Assembly: GCF_009914755.1 (NCBI RefSeq) | Contig: NC_060936.1 | Strand: one strand, 5' to 3' | DNA length: 64,000 nucleotides | Source of the DNA: the human T2T-CHM13v2.0 reference genome, Homo sapiens | In this document: positions 1-10,838 of the stretch, piece after piece | Numbering within the stretch: position 1 is the stretch's first letter | Layout of the letters: each line of letters starts with the position of its first letter | Position numbers and translations under genes: made by a program | Notes under the pieces: generated by a model | The model's input: only the letters and a program-made list of their open reading frames with translations | Told to the model about the DNA's origin: nothing | The model's database searches: none

Positions 1-80
1 TTGTCATTTCAAAAATATTTCTGATCTGTGGTTGGTTGAATCTGTGGATGCATAACCTAGGGATACAGAGGACCAACTCT
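1..80. mobile_element. End of a MER2/Tigger-type DNA transposon
   Basis: ggttggttgaatctgtggatgc...ggatacagaggaccaact resembles the MER2 terminal inverted-repeat region. Confidence 0.6.
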
Positions 81-271
81 GTTTTATTTAATCCTCACAC
101 CAGTGACACAAGAGCACTATCATACCCATTTTGCAGATTAAGAAATTACAGTTCTAGAACTAATCTATGACAACTCCAGATGTTGTCTTTCTAAAGTCCC
201 TTCTGTTTACCACAGCAGAAGTGAGTATACTTCAGTGTACTTCATCCTTAACTGGTTACTAGAGTTGATTC

Positions 272-1052
272 TGAAACAGGACAGTTCCCGTGACCCTTCT
301 GCAGGACTCATGAAGGGGTTGGCTTGTTTAGTCAGCCTACAGCTCTCAACCCCTCATGGGAGGGGAGGACATACAGGTGAGTGGGTGCAGGGGCCAGGAC
401 AAGTGCTTCTGGGTGCTGGCAGGAGTAGAACTCTGTGTAGCCCCATGGCAGTGTCTAGGAGGGGTACTCAAAATCCCTGGATCCCCAGAAGGCATCTGTT
501 ACAGTGCTCTCTTTGCCATCCGCAGATGACTTAAGTGTTTAACAGCTCAGTGTGACAGCCCTCTGCATCGCGAGCTGTTGTTCGGCATCCAGGAAGAATC
601 AGGTCACATGAACAAATTGAAGATGGTAAATGCAGGAGATTTTATTGCTGATGAAGGTGGCTCTCAGCAGGATGGAGAGCTAGAAAGGGGATGGAGTGGG
701 GAGGTAGTCTTCTTCTGGAGTTCAGCCATTCCTGGCCAAACTCTTCTTTGAGATCCCGCTGTCAAGCCACCCCTCTGAAGTCAAGCTGCATCTTGCCGAT
801 GTCAGACTGCTGCTTCTCTTCTTTCCTTCTCTGCCACTCTGCTGCTCTGCCAGTCTGCCACTCCACCACTCAGCTGCTCTGCCACCCCTCTGCCAGTGGA
901 CCCTGGGGTTTTTCTGGGTATAGGATGGTGGGTGGGACAGGCTAAAAAGCAACATTCAAGTAGGAAAACAGGAATGCATGTTCTCACTTTGGGCCGCAGG
1001 TCCAAGCTTGAGGGTTTTCAGCCTGGTATTTTCCTGCCTCCTGTCCATATCA
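272..1052 (-). repeat. 3' LTR of the provirus (781 bp)
   Basis: tgaaacagg...ctgtccatatca; homologous to 4217-4976. Confidence 0.9.
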
Positions 1053-1721
1053 CTTCCCTGCTCTGAAGAGGCACATCTTACTGCCATTAAAATATGGAAG
1101 ATGACCAATCTTAGCTACTTCCTGCTGACAGGGGGCATTGTTTTGGGGAAAACGGCAGTCAGATTCCTCCCTAAAGTTTACCTAAGGGTCCCTAGCAAAA
1201 GGGAGCCATTGTCCAAGGCTCCAGTTGCCTGACTGTTCAGAGTTTGATGGCCTCTAGGCACATGAGGAAAAAAAAAGCCCAAGTTTTACAAGGTTAAGTA
1301 TGCATGGGTCACACATGTGTATTATACAAGGAAAGAATCTAGTGCCAAAGATTACAGAAAGAAGAAATGAAATATGCTAACAACATTGTACCCCAAGCCG
1401 TTTCACTTTGGTGAAAGAAATTAAACCTTGTGTGGGAGCAGTTAAACTTTATAAGAGAGATAAGTATTCTTGCCATATCTGTAGCAGTCAACAGGTGCAC
1501 CTTGAGAATTCTGGGATTTGTAGGCTTGCATGGTGGCCATTAAAGCTTCTGCCTCTTTCTTGTGTCCCCCCATCTCTACTGTAAAAACCGAGTTGGCCAC
1601 TTTCAGGAGGTCCTCTAAAGTAGTATCTGTTCCCAGGGCCTGTTTCTGCAGCTTCCTCCTTATATCAGGGGCTGCCTGAGTAATAAATTTATCCTTTATG
1701 TTTAGTTATGCCTCACCAGAA

Positions 1722-2740
1722 TCAGAAGATAGAGATGTGTGCTTTACCAAGGCCTCTCAGCCTTTCCAGAAAGGCAGTGGGATTCTCATCAAATCCCTGG
1801 TCTTTCATGAATAGGTCAGTATAGTTGAGAGGCTTGGTCCAAGTCCTACATAAATCCTCCATTATGCACACCTGTAAGTGTCTCTTCTTCCATTCTCCCA
1901 TCTCATCATTGAGATCCATTCCAGGGTCATCCATTGATACTGCATCTTTCATTTGGATAAAGTTTGGCACCTTCCCTGATGCTATATGTGATACAAAGCT
2001 CATAACCAAATCACTCTGTCACTTGCAGAGCAGTCTGCTTCTCAGTGTTAGTCAGGGTTTGCTTTCAAAGTAACATAACGTCTTTCTAGGAGAGTTCAAA
2101 TACTTGGGTTAAATTCTGGAAAGCCTCTCTATATCTGTCAGGGTCATCTGAAAACTTGCCAAGATCTCCCTTAATTTGCCTCAAGTCCTGTAGGTAGAAG
2201 GGGACCTGGACCTTACTGGGGCCAAATTCAACAGGCATCTGTTGGAGGGGCAAGAGTGATACTGGGGCTTGTCTAGGGTATTTCTAGGAGGGGGCAAGCT
2301 GGAGAGAGGACGGGGAGAACCCGGAGGAGCAGGGCTGAAGGGAGCTGGCTCCCCTGTGGGAGGTGTCTCTGGGGTTTGTTTCTTTAATTCCCTGAGACTG
2401 CCCCTTGCAGCCTCTCCTGAGATGGCCAATAGGAGGGATGGATCAATCCTACACTGTTGGCAAAGGTCTGGATTGCCCTGCAAGGTAAAGAAAGCCTGCA
2501 CATATGGGGTCTCAGACAATTTGTCCTTGCATTTACAGAAAAGTTCCAACTGCCAGATGATATCAAAATGAATGGTTCCCTCCTGAGGCCAAGCCAGTCC
2601 TCATAATTTGGCCAAACCTTTGTGCAAAGGGCTAATAGGCATTTTTCCTCCAGATTTGGAGGGTCAAAGCAGTCGCAGTCATTCAGGATGCACTCCAGAA
2701 GAGTATAAACTGGTGATGGTGGAGACAGTTGGTTGCCCAT
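1722..2740 (-). pseudogene. Disrupted ERV gag (MA/CA) remnant
   Basis: MGNQLSPPSPVYTLLECILNDCDCFDP..., PYVQAFFTLQGNPDLC and the MHR-like QGFDENPTAFLERLR, split over several frames. Confidence 0.8.
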
Positions 2741-4216
2741 TCTGAAAGACAAGGAAATAGGTATCCCTCATTTCCCTTCCTTCTTTCAGCAAAAACTCAG
2801 ATGTGAGGGAGGGGAAGCAGGCATCGCCCCTTTCTCTTCTGTCTTCTTATTCTCAAGTCCTGGTGACCTTACACAGATGCCACCCACAGGTGCCATTGCA
2901 GCCTGCACCCATGAAGCAGGGAGGTCTTAGAGAATAGGAATTGTCCACATTCACTTATGCCATGCCTCCATTCCCCCTACTGTCAGCAACCTTTGGGTTT
3001 CCCAGGCCTTATCTGTGCCATGGAGCATGGCCTCCTTCCATGACGTGGAGGCTTAATTAGCAGAAATTGTCCTGCCCATTTACATTGTGCCTGTTTCCTT
3101 GCTTGGATCCCTCAGATCTGGTTTTCCTTCCTAAGGCCTTAACCTGAAGCTTGGAATCAGGTTGGGAACAAAAGGTATTTCAGGGTCCTTTTAAATTAAA
3201 TCCCAAATGGGCCCTGCCAAATTTGCAGTTATCAGCCAGCAGGGCTCACTCTTCTGTTGCCTCCCTATCGTAAGCAGAGTGCTGAGGTAGGAAAAGAAAC
3301 CTCTCACTTAGAAAAGAAAAAAGAACAAAAATAGTTTAAAAGGCAAATGGGGGTGGTCCAGGGAAAGAACCTCTTGCTTTCTACGAATAGGTTACTTTAA
3401 TCATTGTATCTCTCCCCTAGTTCCAACCAGGCTGAACTCCTTGCCAGGGAAAGAAAGAGTCTATGGGCTTGTGGCAGGAGGGGAAGGCATGCAGAGAGCA
3501 CTGGCCAGCCGGCTGCACGGGGTCCCTGGCCCCAAAGACTACCCTGGGGCCTGGGCAGCATGCACCGCTAACTCCCACCACCCCACTTAGCTGTTGGGCA
3601 CAGCACATGCATGCTACGGACATGCCCAGGCACCCAAGCCTGGAGGGGAGGGGATGAGAAGGGAACCACCATTCACCTGCCCATCCCATTCACACACCTG
3701 TGGCCATTGGGGTTTGGGGTCATACCTCTAAGAACATATGGAAATTGTATTGTTCTGAGTTGCATATCTGATGGCTGGACTAAACATACATTCTGCCTAG
3801 TATCATTGCTGCTGTTTGTAGTAGAACCCTTAACATTATAAAAGAAGAGCCAGGAGCCATTTCAAACCATGAAAGAAGGAAGGAAAGATATCAAAGGAAA
3901 AGTCTGGGGGTCTTGGCTGACACCTTGATAGACACTTGGGGAACAGGTCCAGTCTTGTGGCCTTCCGGCAATACTGAGGAGTGGCCTTGGCAAGAGGCCT
4001 TCAGTTTCCCCAGGACTTTATTCCAGTCCCACATGACAACTAGACCTCCAGGAAGGGAAACAGAGCCAACATTCCTTTTACCCAAAAGAAAGAGAGAGAT
4101 GGCAGGTTGCATCCTATCCCCTGCAAATGGCATAGCTCAGAGGAAAGTCTGAGGACAAGGAGAGATAAATCCACATTTTGCTTACCCTTCTGAAGTATCC
4201 TAGGCAAGCCCCCCGA

Positions 4217-4976
4217 TGAAACGGGATGGTTCCCTTGACCCCTTCACAGGATTCATGAAGGGGTTGGCTCATTTACTCAGTCCATAGCTCTCAGCCCCTC
4301 ACAGGAGGGGGAACACGCCGGTGACTGGGTGTACGGGCCAGGACAAGTGCTTCTGGGTGCTGATAGGAGTAGAACTCCATGTGGCCCCGTGGCAGCATCT
4401 GGGGGGTACCTACAATCTCTGGCACCCCAGAGGACATGTGTTACAGTACACTTTTAGCTTTGCCATCCACGGACAGCTTAAGTGTCTAACAGCTCAGTGT
4501 GACAGCCCTCTGTATCCTGAGCTCTTGTTTGATGTCCAGGAAGAATTAGGTCACATGAACAAATTGAAGATGGTAAATGTGGGGGATTTCACTGCCAATG
4601 AAAGTTGCTCTCAGTGGGATGGAGAGCTGGAAAGGAGATGGAGTGGGAAGGTGGTCTTTTCCTGGAGTTCGGCCATCGCTGGCCGAAATCTTCTGAAAGA
4701 TCCTGCTGTCAAGCCGCCCCTCTGAAGTCAAGCTGCTTCTTGCTGACCTCAAGCTGCTTTTTCTCTTCTTTCTTTCTCTGCTGCCCATCTGTCATTGGAG
4801 CCTGGGGTTTTTATGGTTATAGGATGGGGCGGGGGGTGGGCCAAAAAGTAACATTCAAGCGGGAAAACAGGAAGACACGTCCTCACTTTAGGCTTCAGGC
4901 CCAGGCTTGAGGGTGAGGCTTTGCCAGGCACCCCACCCTTTTCTGTCTAGTATTTTCCTGCCTCCTGTCTGTATCA
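4217..4976 (-). repeat. 5' LTR of the provirus (760 bp)
   Basis: tgaaacggg...ctgtctgtatca; followed on the minus strand by the PBS and a donor-like AAGG|GTAAGC. Confidence 0.9.
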
Positions 4977-5569
4977 ATACCAAACTCTTTCATTCTAATT
5001 ATCACATTAAATTGTTAGGCAACAGTACATATAAAAGATCAAGAGATGACAGCTATAAAAACTAAAAAAAGATATCTCAAAATGTTAAGAACATTTTATT
5101 TTAAAAGACCTGTTTGCTGTTTAGATATGTGGGAAAATTTGCTACTTGCAGAGAATTTCTATTATATACATATATAATAGTTTAAATTAATATTGCTTTT
5201 ACTTATTAAGATTTTTTACAAGATTTTATAGTTTTGTCAGGAGGTGTGGGTGTGTGTGTGTGTGTTTAATGTTGGAAAGCTCATCAGATATTGTGTACAA
5301 ACATGTTTTACATTTAAGTTAAAAATATTCAAACACAGTATGTACTTTCCAGAACTGCTGCGAAATATTAGCACTATTGTTAGTTATCCTATGAATTCAT
5401 TAAATGTTTAAAAATCTAATGCACACAAATTCTCATTCAATTTAAAATTGCAAAGTGAATAAGTATTCTTAGAAACTTTGGCTCCAATGCTGAATTTCAC
5501 ATTAGAAGTTTATACAAAAATCTAGTGCTAAATAATTTATGTTTACCAGAACATTAGCATATTGTTTCT

Positions 5570-6185
5570 TCTTTTTCAATCTTTTAAAAATTGTGGTAAA
5601 AATACAGAAAATGAAATCTACCCTACTAAAAAAGTTTAATTGTAAAGTACAGTAATGTTAACTACATGTGCATTGTTGTATGGGAGATCTGTAGACCTTT
5701 TTCATCTGGCATGGCTAAAATTCTTCCTCTTCCTTTTCTATCTCCAAGTGCCCGGTAACCAACATTCTACTTTTTGCTTTCAAGAAGTGGTATATTTAGT
5801 ATTTGTGTTTCTGTGATTGGCTTATTTAATTTAGCATAATGTCCTTAATATTTATCCATGTTGTAGTATGACAGGATTTTCTTCCTTGTCAAGGTTGAAT
5901 AATATATCATTGTATGTATATACCATGTTTTCTTCATCTATTCACCCACTGGTGAACATTTAGATTCTTTCTACATCATGGCTACTGTGAACAATGTTGA
6001 AATGAACATGGGAGTTCAGATAGCTCTTCAAGATCTTAATTCAGTTCTTTTGGATAAATACCCAGAAGTAGGATTGCTGGATTATATGGTAGTTCTATTT
6101 TTAATATTCTGTATTCCACTTTTTTCTGCTCTCATATTTATTATTTCTTTTCTTCTGCTAACTTTAGGCTGAGTTTATTTACCAA
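5570..6185 (-). mobile_element. Old L1 (L1MA/MB-type) 3' end joined to a short internal ORF2 piece
   Basis: Antisense L1 3' motifs (cttatttaatttagcataatgtcc; cccagaagtaggattgctggattatatggtagttctatttt), then ORF2-derived tttattatttcttttcttctgctaactttagg. Confidence 0.75.
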
Positions 6186-6195
6186 ACTAACATTT

Positions 6196-6391
6196 GCCAG
6201 TTCTGCTTACCGGAAGTAGTCCACTAGGCACTTGCATCCCACACTTGGCTTTATGCCAGCAAGCTGGGATGCTTACCCATTTAAAATGTAAGGATAGTTT
6301 GAGATCATTTCAACCCCAAGATGTCTAATAATTTATGATCATCACATTGGATCGGGCACCTTAACTCAGCATTTGGTTCATCTCACAGCAG
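6196..6391 (-). pseudogene. Degenerate 28S (LSU) rRNA fragments, two pieces in permuted order
   Basis: Reverse complement of 6196-6333 reads ATTAGACATCTTGGGGTTGAAATGATCTCAAACTAT...TTTAAATGGGTAAG...GTGCCTAGTGGACTACTTCCGGTAAGCAGAACTGGC. Reverse complement of ~6345-6391 reads GCTGTGAGATGAACCAAATGCTGAGTTAAGGTGCCCGAT. Both match recalled 28S sequence with CpG decay. Confidence 0.88.
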
Positions 6392-7100
6392 CAGTGCTGA
6401 CCATCAAAGTATCAAGGAAAACAGGTTAGAAATTTGACTCTCAGGACCCACTTAATTAGAAAGAGACCAAATTCTGAAATGGTGTCATACCTTTCTGCCA
6501 CTGAAGCAGTGAGGCAAAAAGACAGGAAAAGAACTTAACCCAGTTAAGAAGAATGCCAGGACAAAAGTTAACCAAAAAAAATTCCTATCCTCAGCTGGTC
6601 AGCATCATCAAAATCATCCTGTCCCACAAAATCCTCATCTCTTCCAGGAACCAAAGAAAGAGCTTCAGCCTTGATTCTCATGACTTTATTATAAATTGGT
6701 AATGTTTGCAACCACATTGTAAAATGGGGGCTTTGGAAAATTAGACTCATCTGTGTAGTCAAATATACCATACTCTCTGCAGAGTTGATGCCATAAGGTG
6801 GAGGAACCTCACCTGAAGCCTTCTCAGGTTCCTCAGGCTCTTCCTCATTCTATAAATGTTGGTACTTGCTGCTGCAGACCAGCTCAACTGCCACTGGTGC
6901 CACTAATGCCAACTCCATGGTGCAGCAGGCTACAGGGAAGGGAGGGCGAGTGAGCAAGCTGAACAGGTGAGGAGCTGCAGCCTGGGAGTGCTGAAGGGCT
7001 GAAGGCAAAAGGCTGAAGGCAAAAGGCCTCAGGTGGATCTCAATGGCAGCCACTGCACCTGGGCAAGATGCTCTCCTCAAGCTGTAAGCACTGCCAATTC
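6392..7100 (-). pseudogene. NDFIP1: NDFIP1 processed pseudogene (5'UTR plus CDS up to the 'YFDGQYW' region, 3'-truncated, no poly-A)
   Basis: Minus-strand ATG at 6918: MELALVAPVAVELVCSSKYQHL*NEEEPEEPEKASGEVPPPY...KPPFY...LPIY...KAEALSLVPGRDEDFVGQDDFDDADQLRIG...EFGLFLIKWVLRVKF...YFDGQ. This matches recalled NDFIP1 (MALALAALAAVEPACGSRYQQLQNEEE...PLVPGRDEDFVGRDDFDDADQLRIG). Intronless, with a premature stop and frameshifts. Confidence 0.93.
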
Positions 7101-10100
7101 TGAGATGTTTTGTAATTGCCCTTTTGATTTCTTCTTTGAACTGTTGGTTTTGCCGGAGTGTGTTGTTTAATTTCCACCTATTTGTGAATTTTCCAGATTT
7201 CTTTCTGCTATTGACTTTGAATTTCATTCTCCTGTGGTCAGAAAAGCTACTTGATATTATTTGAGTTTTCTTAAATTTGTTGAGATTTGTTTTGTGACCT
7301 AACATGTCATCTAGCCTGGAGGGTGTTTCCTGTTTGCTTCAGAAGAATATGTATTCTGCTCCTGCTGAGTGGAATGTTCTGTATATATCTGTTAGGTCCA
7401 TTTGGTCTATAGCGTTGTTCTAATCCTCTGTTTACTTACCTTCTGTCTGGTTGTTCTACTTATTAAAAGTGGGTTATTGATGTCTAGTATTATTGTATTG
7501 CTGTCTATTTATTCCTTCAGCTCTGTCAATGTTTGCATTATATGTTGGGTGTTCTGATATTGCTTTATATATTGGGTGTTCTGACGTTGGGTACAGATAT
7601 ATTTAAAATTCTTATATCTTCCTGGTCAATTTACCTTTTTGTCATTATACAATCTCCTTCTCTTTTTCTTGTTATAGTTTTTTACTTAAACTTGACTTTC
7701 ATGGTGTAAGAATGGCCACCCCTGCTCCCCTTGGTTACTGTTTGCATAGAATAGCTATTTTATCCTTTCATTTTTGGCCTATTTGTGTCCTTAAATCTAC
7801 ATTGAGTCTTTTGTAAGTAGCATCTAGTTGGATCTTATATACTTTTTGTCCATTTAGCCATGCTGTTGGTTAAATGGATAATGTCTTTTGATTGGGGAAT
7901 TTAATCTGTTTACTTTTAAAGTAATTAATAGTAAAGGACTTACTATTGCCATTTTGTCCATTGTTTTCTGTCTTGTATCTTCTTTGTCTTTTCCTCTCTG
8001 GCTGTGTATTTTTAGTGTTTGTTGTTATTTTTGTGGGGGAGGTAGTGACTTGCTTTGATTTTTTTCGTAATGATATGTTTTGATTTTTTTTCTTGTTTTT
8101 TGTGTATCTTCCATAAGTTTCATTTTGTGTTTACCATGAGTCTTATACAAAATATCTTATATTTATAACAACCTTCTTTAACCTTTTAACTAAAATTCAA
8201 TCACATACGAAAACTCTGTACTTCTATTTCTCCTCCCACCACACTTTATGTTATTGATGTTAAAAATTACATCTTTTTATATTACATATCAATTTATTGT
8301 TGTAGCTATTTTTGTACTTTTATCTTTTAAATGCTACACCAGAGTTAAAAGTAATTTATTTAGCACCATTACGGTATTCTGTATTTGTCTATATATTTAC
8401 CTTTACTGGTGAGTTTTATAGTTTTACATGCTTTTGTGTTTCTCTATAGCATTGTTGCATTTCAATTTGAAGGACAGTGTTTAGCATTTCTTACAAAGCA
8501 GGTCTTGTAGTGAGGAACTCCCTCAGTTTTTATTCACCTCATAAAGTATTTCTCTTTCATCATTTTTGAAGGATGATTTTATCAAATATGGTATTCTTTA
8601 GTGACAGGTTTTTCTTTCAGCGTATTGAATATATTATTTCTCTCCCTTCTGGCTTACAAAGTTTCTGCTGAAAAATACACTAATAATCTTACGAATGTTC
8701 TCTTGTACATGATTAGTCATTTTCTCTAGCTGCTTGTGAAATGGTCTTTTCATCTTTTTGACTTTTTATGATTTGATTCTAATATGTCCCTGTGGGGTCT
8801 TCTTGGGCTTCTTCATAGTTGGCATCCAGTGGGTTTCCTGAATCTGGATGTTCATTTTCTTCCCCAAATTTAGGAAGTTTTTCACCATTACTTTTTCAAA
8901 TGAGCATTCCTCTTTTTTTCTTTTTCTTTTTTTCTCTTTCTGAAAATCCCATAACGATACATTGATATATTGGCCGGCTTGACGGTGCCCATTATTCTCT
9001 TTGGCTTTCTTCAGTTCATTGTGGGGTTTTTGTTATTGTTGTTGTTGTTGTTGTTTTCATTTTTGGCTTCTCTGGCTGGATAATTTCAAATAACCTGTCT
9101 TCAAGTTCACTGATTATCTCCTCTGCTTTATCAATTCTGCTTCAGAATCTCTGTAGTAAATTTCTCAACTCAGTTATTGTATCCTTTAGCTCCATAATTT
9201 CTATTTGGTTATTTTTATAATATTTTCTATATCTTTCTTGATATTCTCATTTTATTCATCCATAATTTTTCATTGAGTATCTTTATGATGGGTATTTTGA
9301 ACTATTTGTCATGTAATTTATACAACTTTATTTTCTTAGACTTGATTTGTTTTGTTCCTTTGTTTCTTTAGCTAGGTCATGATCCCCTCTTTCTTTGTGT
9401 GCCTTATTACCTTGTGTTGAGATATGTGCATTTGCAAAAACAGCTAACTCTCTCAGTCTTTATGGTCTGTCTGGCTTCCCACTGAAAAAAAAAAAACCTT
9501 CAAAAATAAGCCTTGCTAGAGATTCTGGGTGCCTTCCAAACCTTTCATATGAGCACATCTTCACTCTGCTTGTACTTGTAAATTCCCAATTAGAGGGATT
9601 TTGCTGGTTTCTGTCTTGTGGAGCTCATGTTTTCTTGCTTTTTCTGGTGTCTGTCTGTGGTACTGCAGGTTCTCTGGAATTTCTGTGAGGTGATCAGATC
9701 TTTTTGTTTTCAGTAGTGTGGACCTAAAGTATGCTGCCTCCCATCAGTGCTTCTAGTTGGATAAGACAGAAACCAGTCCCTCAGGCAATCTCTTTAAAAG
9801 CTGAAGTGTTGGACATATGCTCCTTTCTTCCCCATCACTTTCCCTGACCAGGGAGTGGCTGACAAGGTATATAGGCTTTGTCCACTGTACCATAGGACCT
9901 CTGGAACAATAAGAAGCCACCCAACTTTTTTTTTTTGTTCTCAACAGTCTCCAGGCATCTAGGGTATGCAGGGTCCTGTCAGTGCTCCAAGACAGACAAG
10001 ACAGAAACTAGTCCTTCTGATAGTAGCCCCAAAACTGGAATGTTGGACACACGAATCAACTCTTTTCCTACCCAAGGAGAAGCCATAAATTGGGTTTTTT

Positions 10101-10560
10101 TAAAAAAATCATTCTATGCTGAGTTGTGGAGAGAGGCAATAGCAAGTACGTGCTAGTAAAAACCATCATCTTTGTTTTCAGTGGCCCCTAAACTGGTGAC
10201 ATTTCCTGTCATCATTTATATCCAGGAAAGACAAAAGCTAGTTCCTTGTGTAGCCTCAAAGGTGCTAAGTCTAAGTGTTAGATGTACGTCCCCGTGTTCT
10301 CTTTCCCTCCTTGGTGGGAAGCCAGAAGTTGAGAGTTTCTTTCTGATCATGCCACACTGTGCCAGGGAAGAGGCTCTGGTAAGTGAGTGCCACAAATTTT
10401 TCTACCAACTTTGACATGGCTGGTTTTGAATTCACCTGGGATACAGGAGCCTCTTAACTGGTTTCTGGTTTTCTTTCAAAAGGAATCGGTCAGCATATTT
10501 TTCTCTCCATGAATAAAGGAAGGTCTTAGGGCCTCCTATTCCACTGTCTTTTTGACATAC
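7101..10560 (-). mobile_element. Old L1 (L1M) 5' portion: ORF2 endonuclease region, ORF1 and 5'UTR remnants
   Basis: ORF 6850..7305 begins LGHKTNLNKFKK.QIISS.FSDH (L1 endonuclease C-terminus). T-rich antisense L1 sequence continues to ~10.5 kb. Confidence 0.8.
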
Positions 10561-10715
10561 TCAGCCTAAATTCTTAAAGCAATTTTTAAAGCATGCTTTA
10601 TGCAAGCAGTCATCACTTTATCATTTGACTTTTGACTACAAAAATAATTGACCCATATAGAAAGCTAGTTTCTTTAAAGTGCTAAGCATATTGAATTGAT
10701 GTTGTTTCATTTTAG

Positions 10716-10838
10716 CTACAAAGCGTTTTCTTTTACCTGTTGGCTTACATATGCTGGAAAGAAGCTGTGCCAAGTGAGAAACTACAGAAATATTCCAGAC
10801 AAGAAATTATTTTTTTTCTTGGTCAACTGGAATGAAAC
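10716..10838 (+). CDS. PIK3C2G: PIK3C2G coding exon (123 nt, phase 2-2, likely cassette exon), PI3K-type C2 domain
   Basis: Acceptor tttcattttag|C, donor AC|gtaagt. Translates (S)YKAFSFTCWLTYAGKKLCQVRNYRNIPDKKLFFFLVNWNE(T) and joins the next exon in frame (AC+G=Thr). Matches the recalled long PI3K-C2gamma isoform. Confidence 0.9.

Larger units (their letters stand above)
272..4976 (-). mobile_element. ERV1 provirus, HUERS-P (P2-like)/LTR1-family; two LTRs and a ~3.2 kb internal region with degraded gag, no recognisable pol or env
   Basis: Direct-repeat LTRs at 272-1052 and 4217-4976, both TG...CA. Flanks ATTC/ATAC resemble a 4-bp TSD with one mismatch. Minus-strand PBS GGGGGGCTTGCCTAGGAT resembles tRNA-Pro PBS TGGGGGCTCGTCCGGGAT. 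Purine tract AGAGCAGGGAAG precedes the 3' LTR. Gag remnants appear in ORFs 2384..2752, 2181..2549 and 1722..2009. Confidence 0.88.

Noticed and set aside
6196-6391. Functional rRNA gene
   Set aside because: Only ~190 nt, heavily mutated and permuted; it is a retro-fragment.
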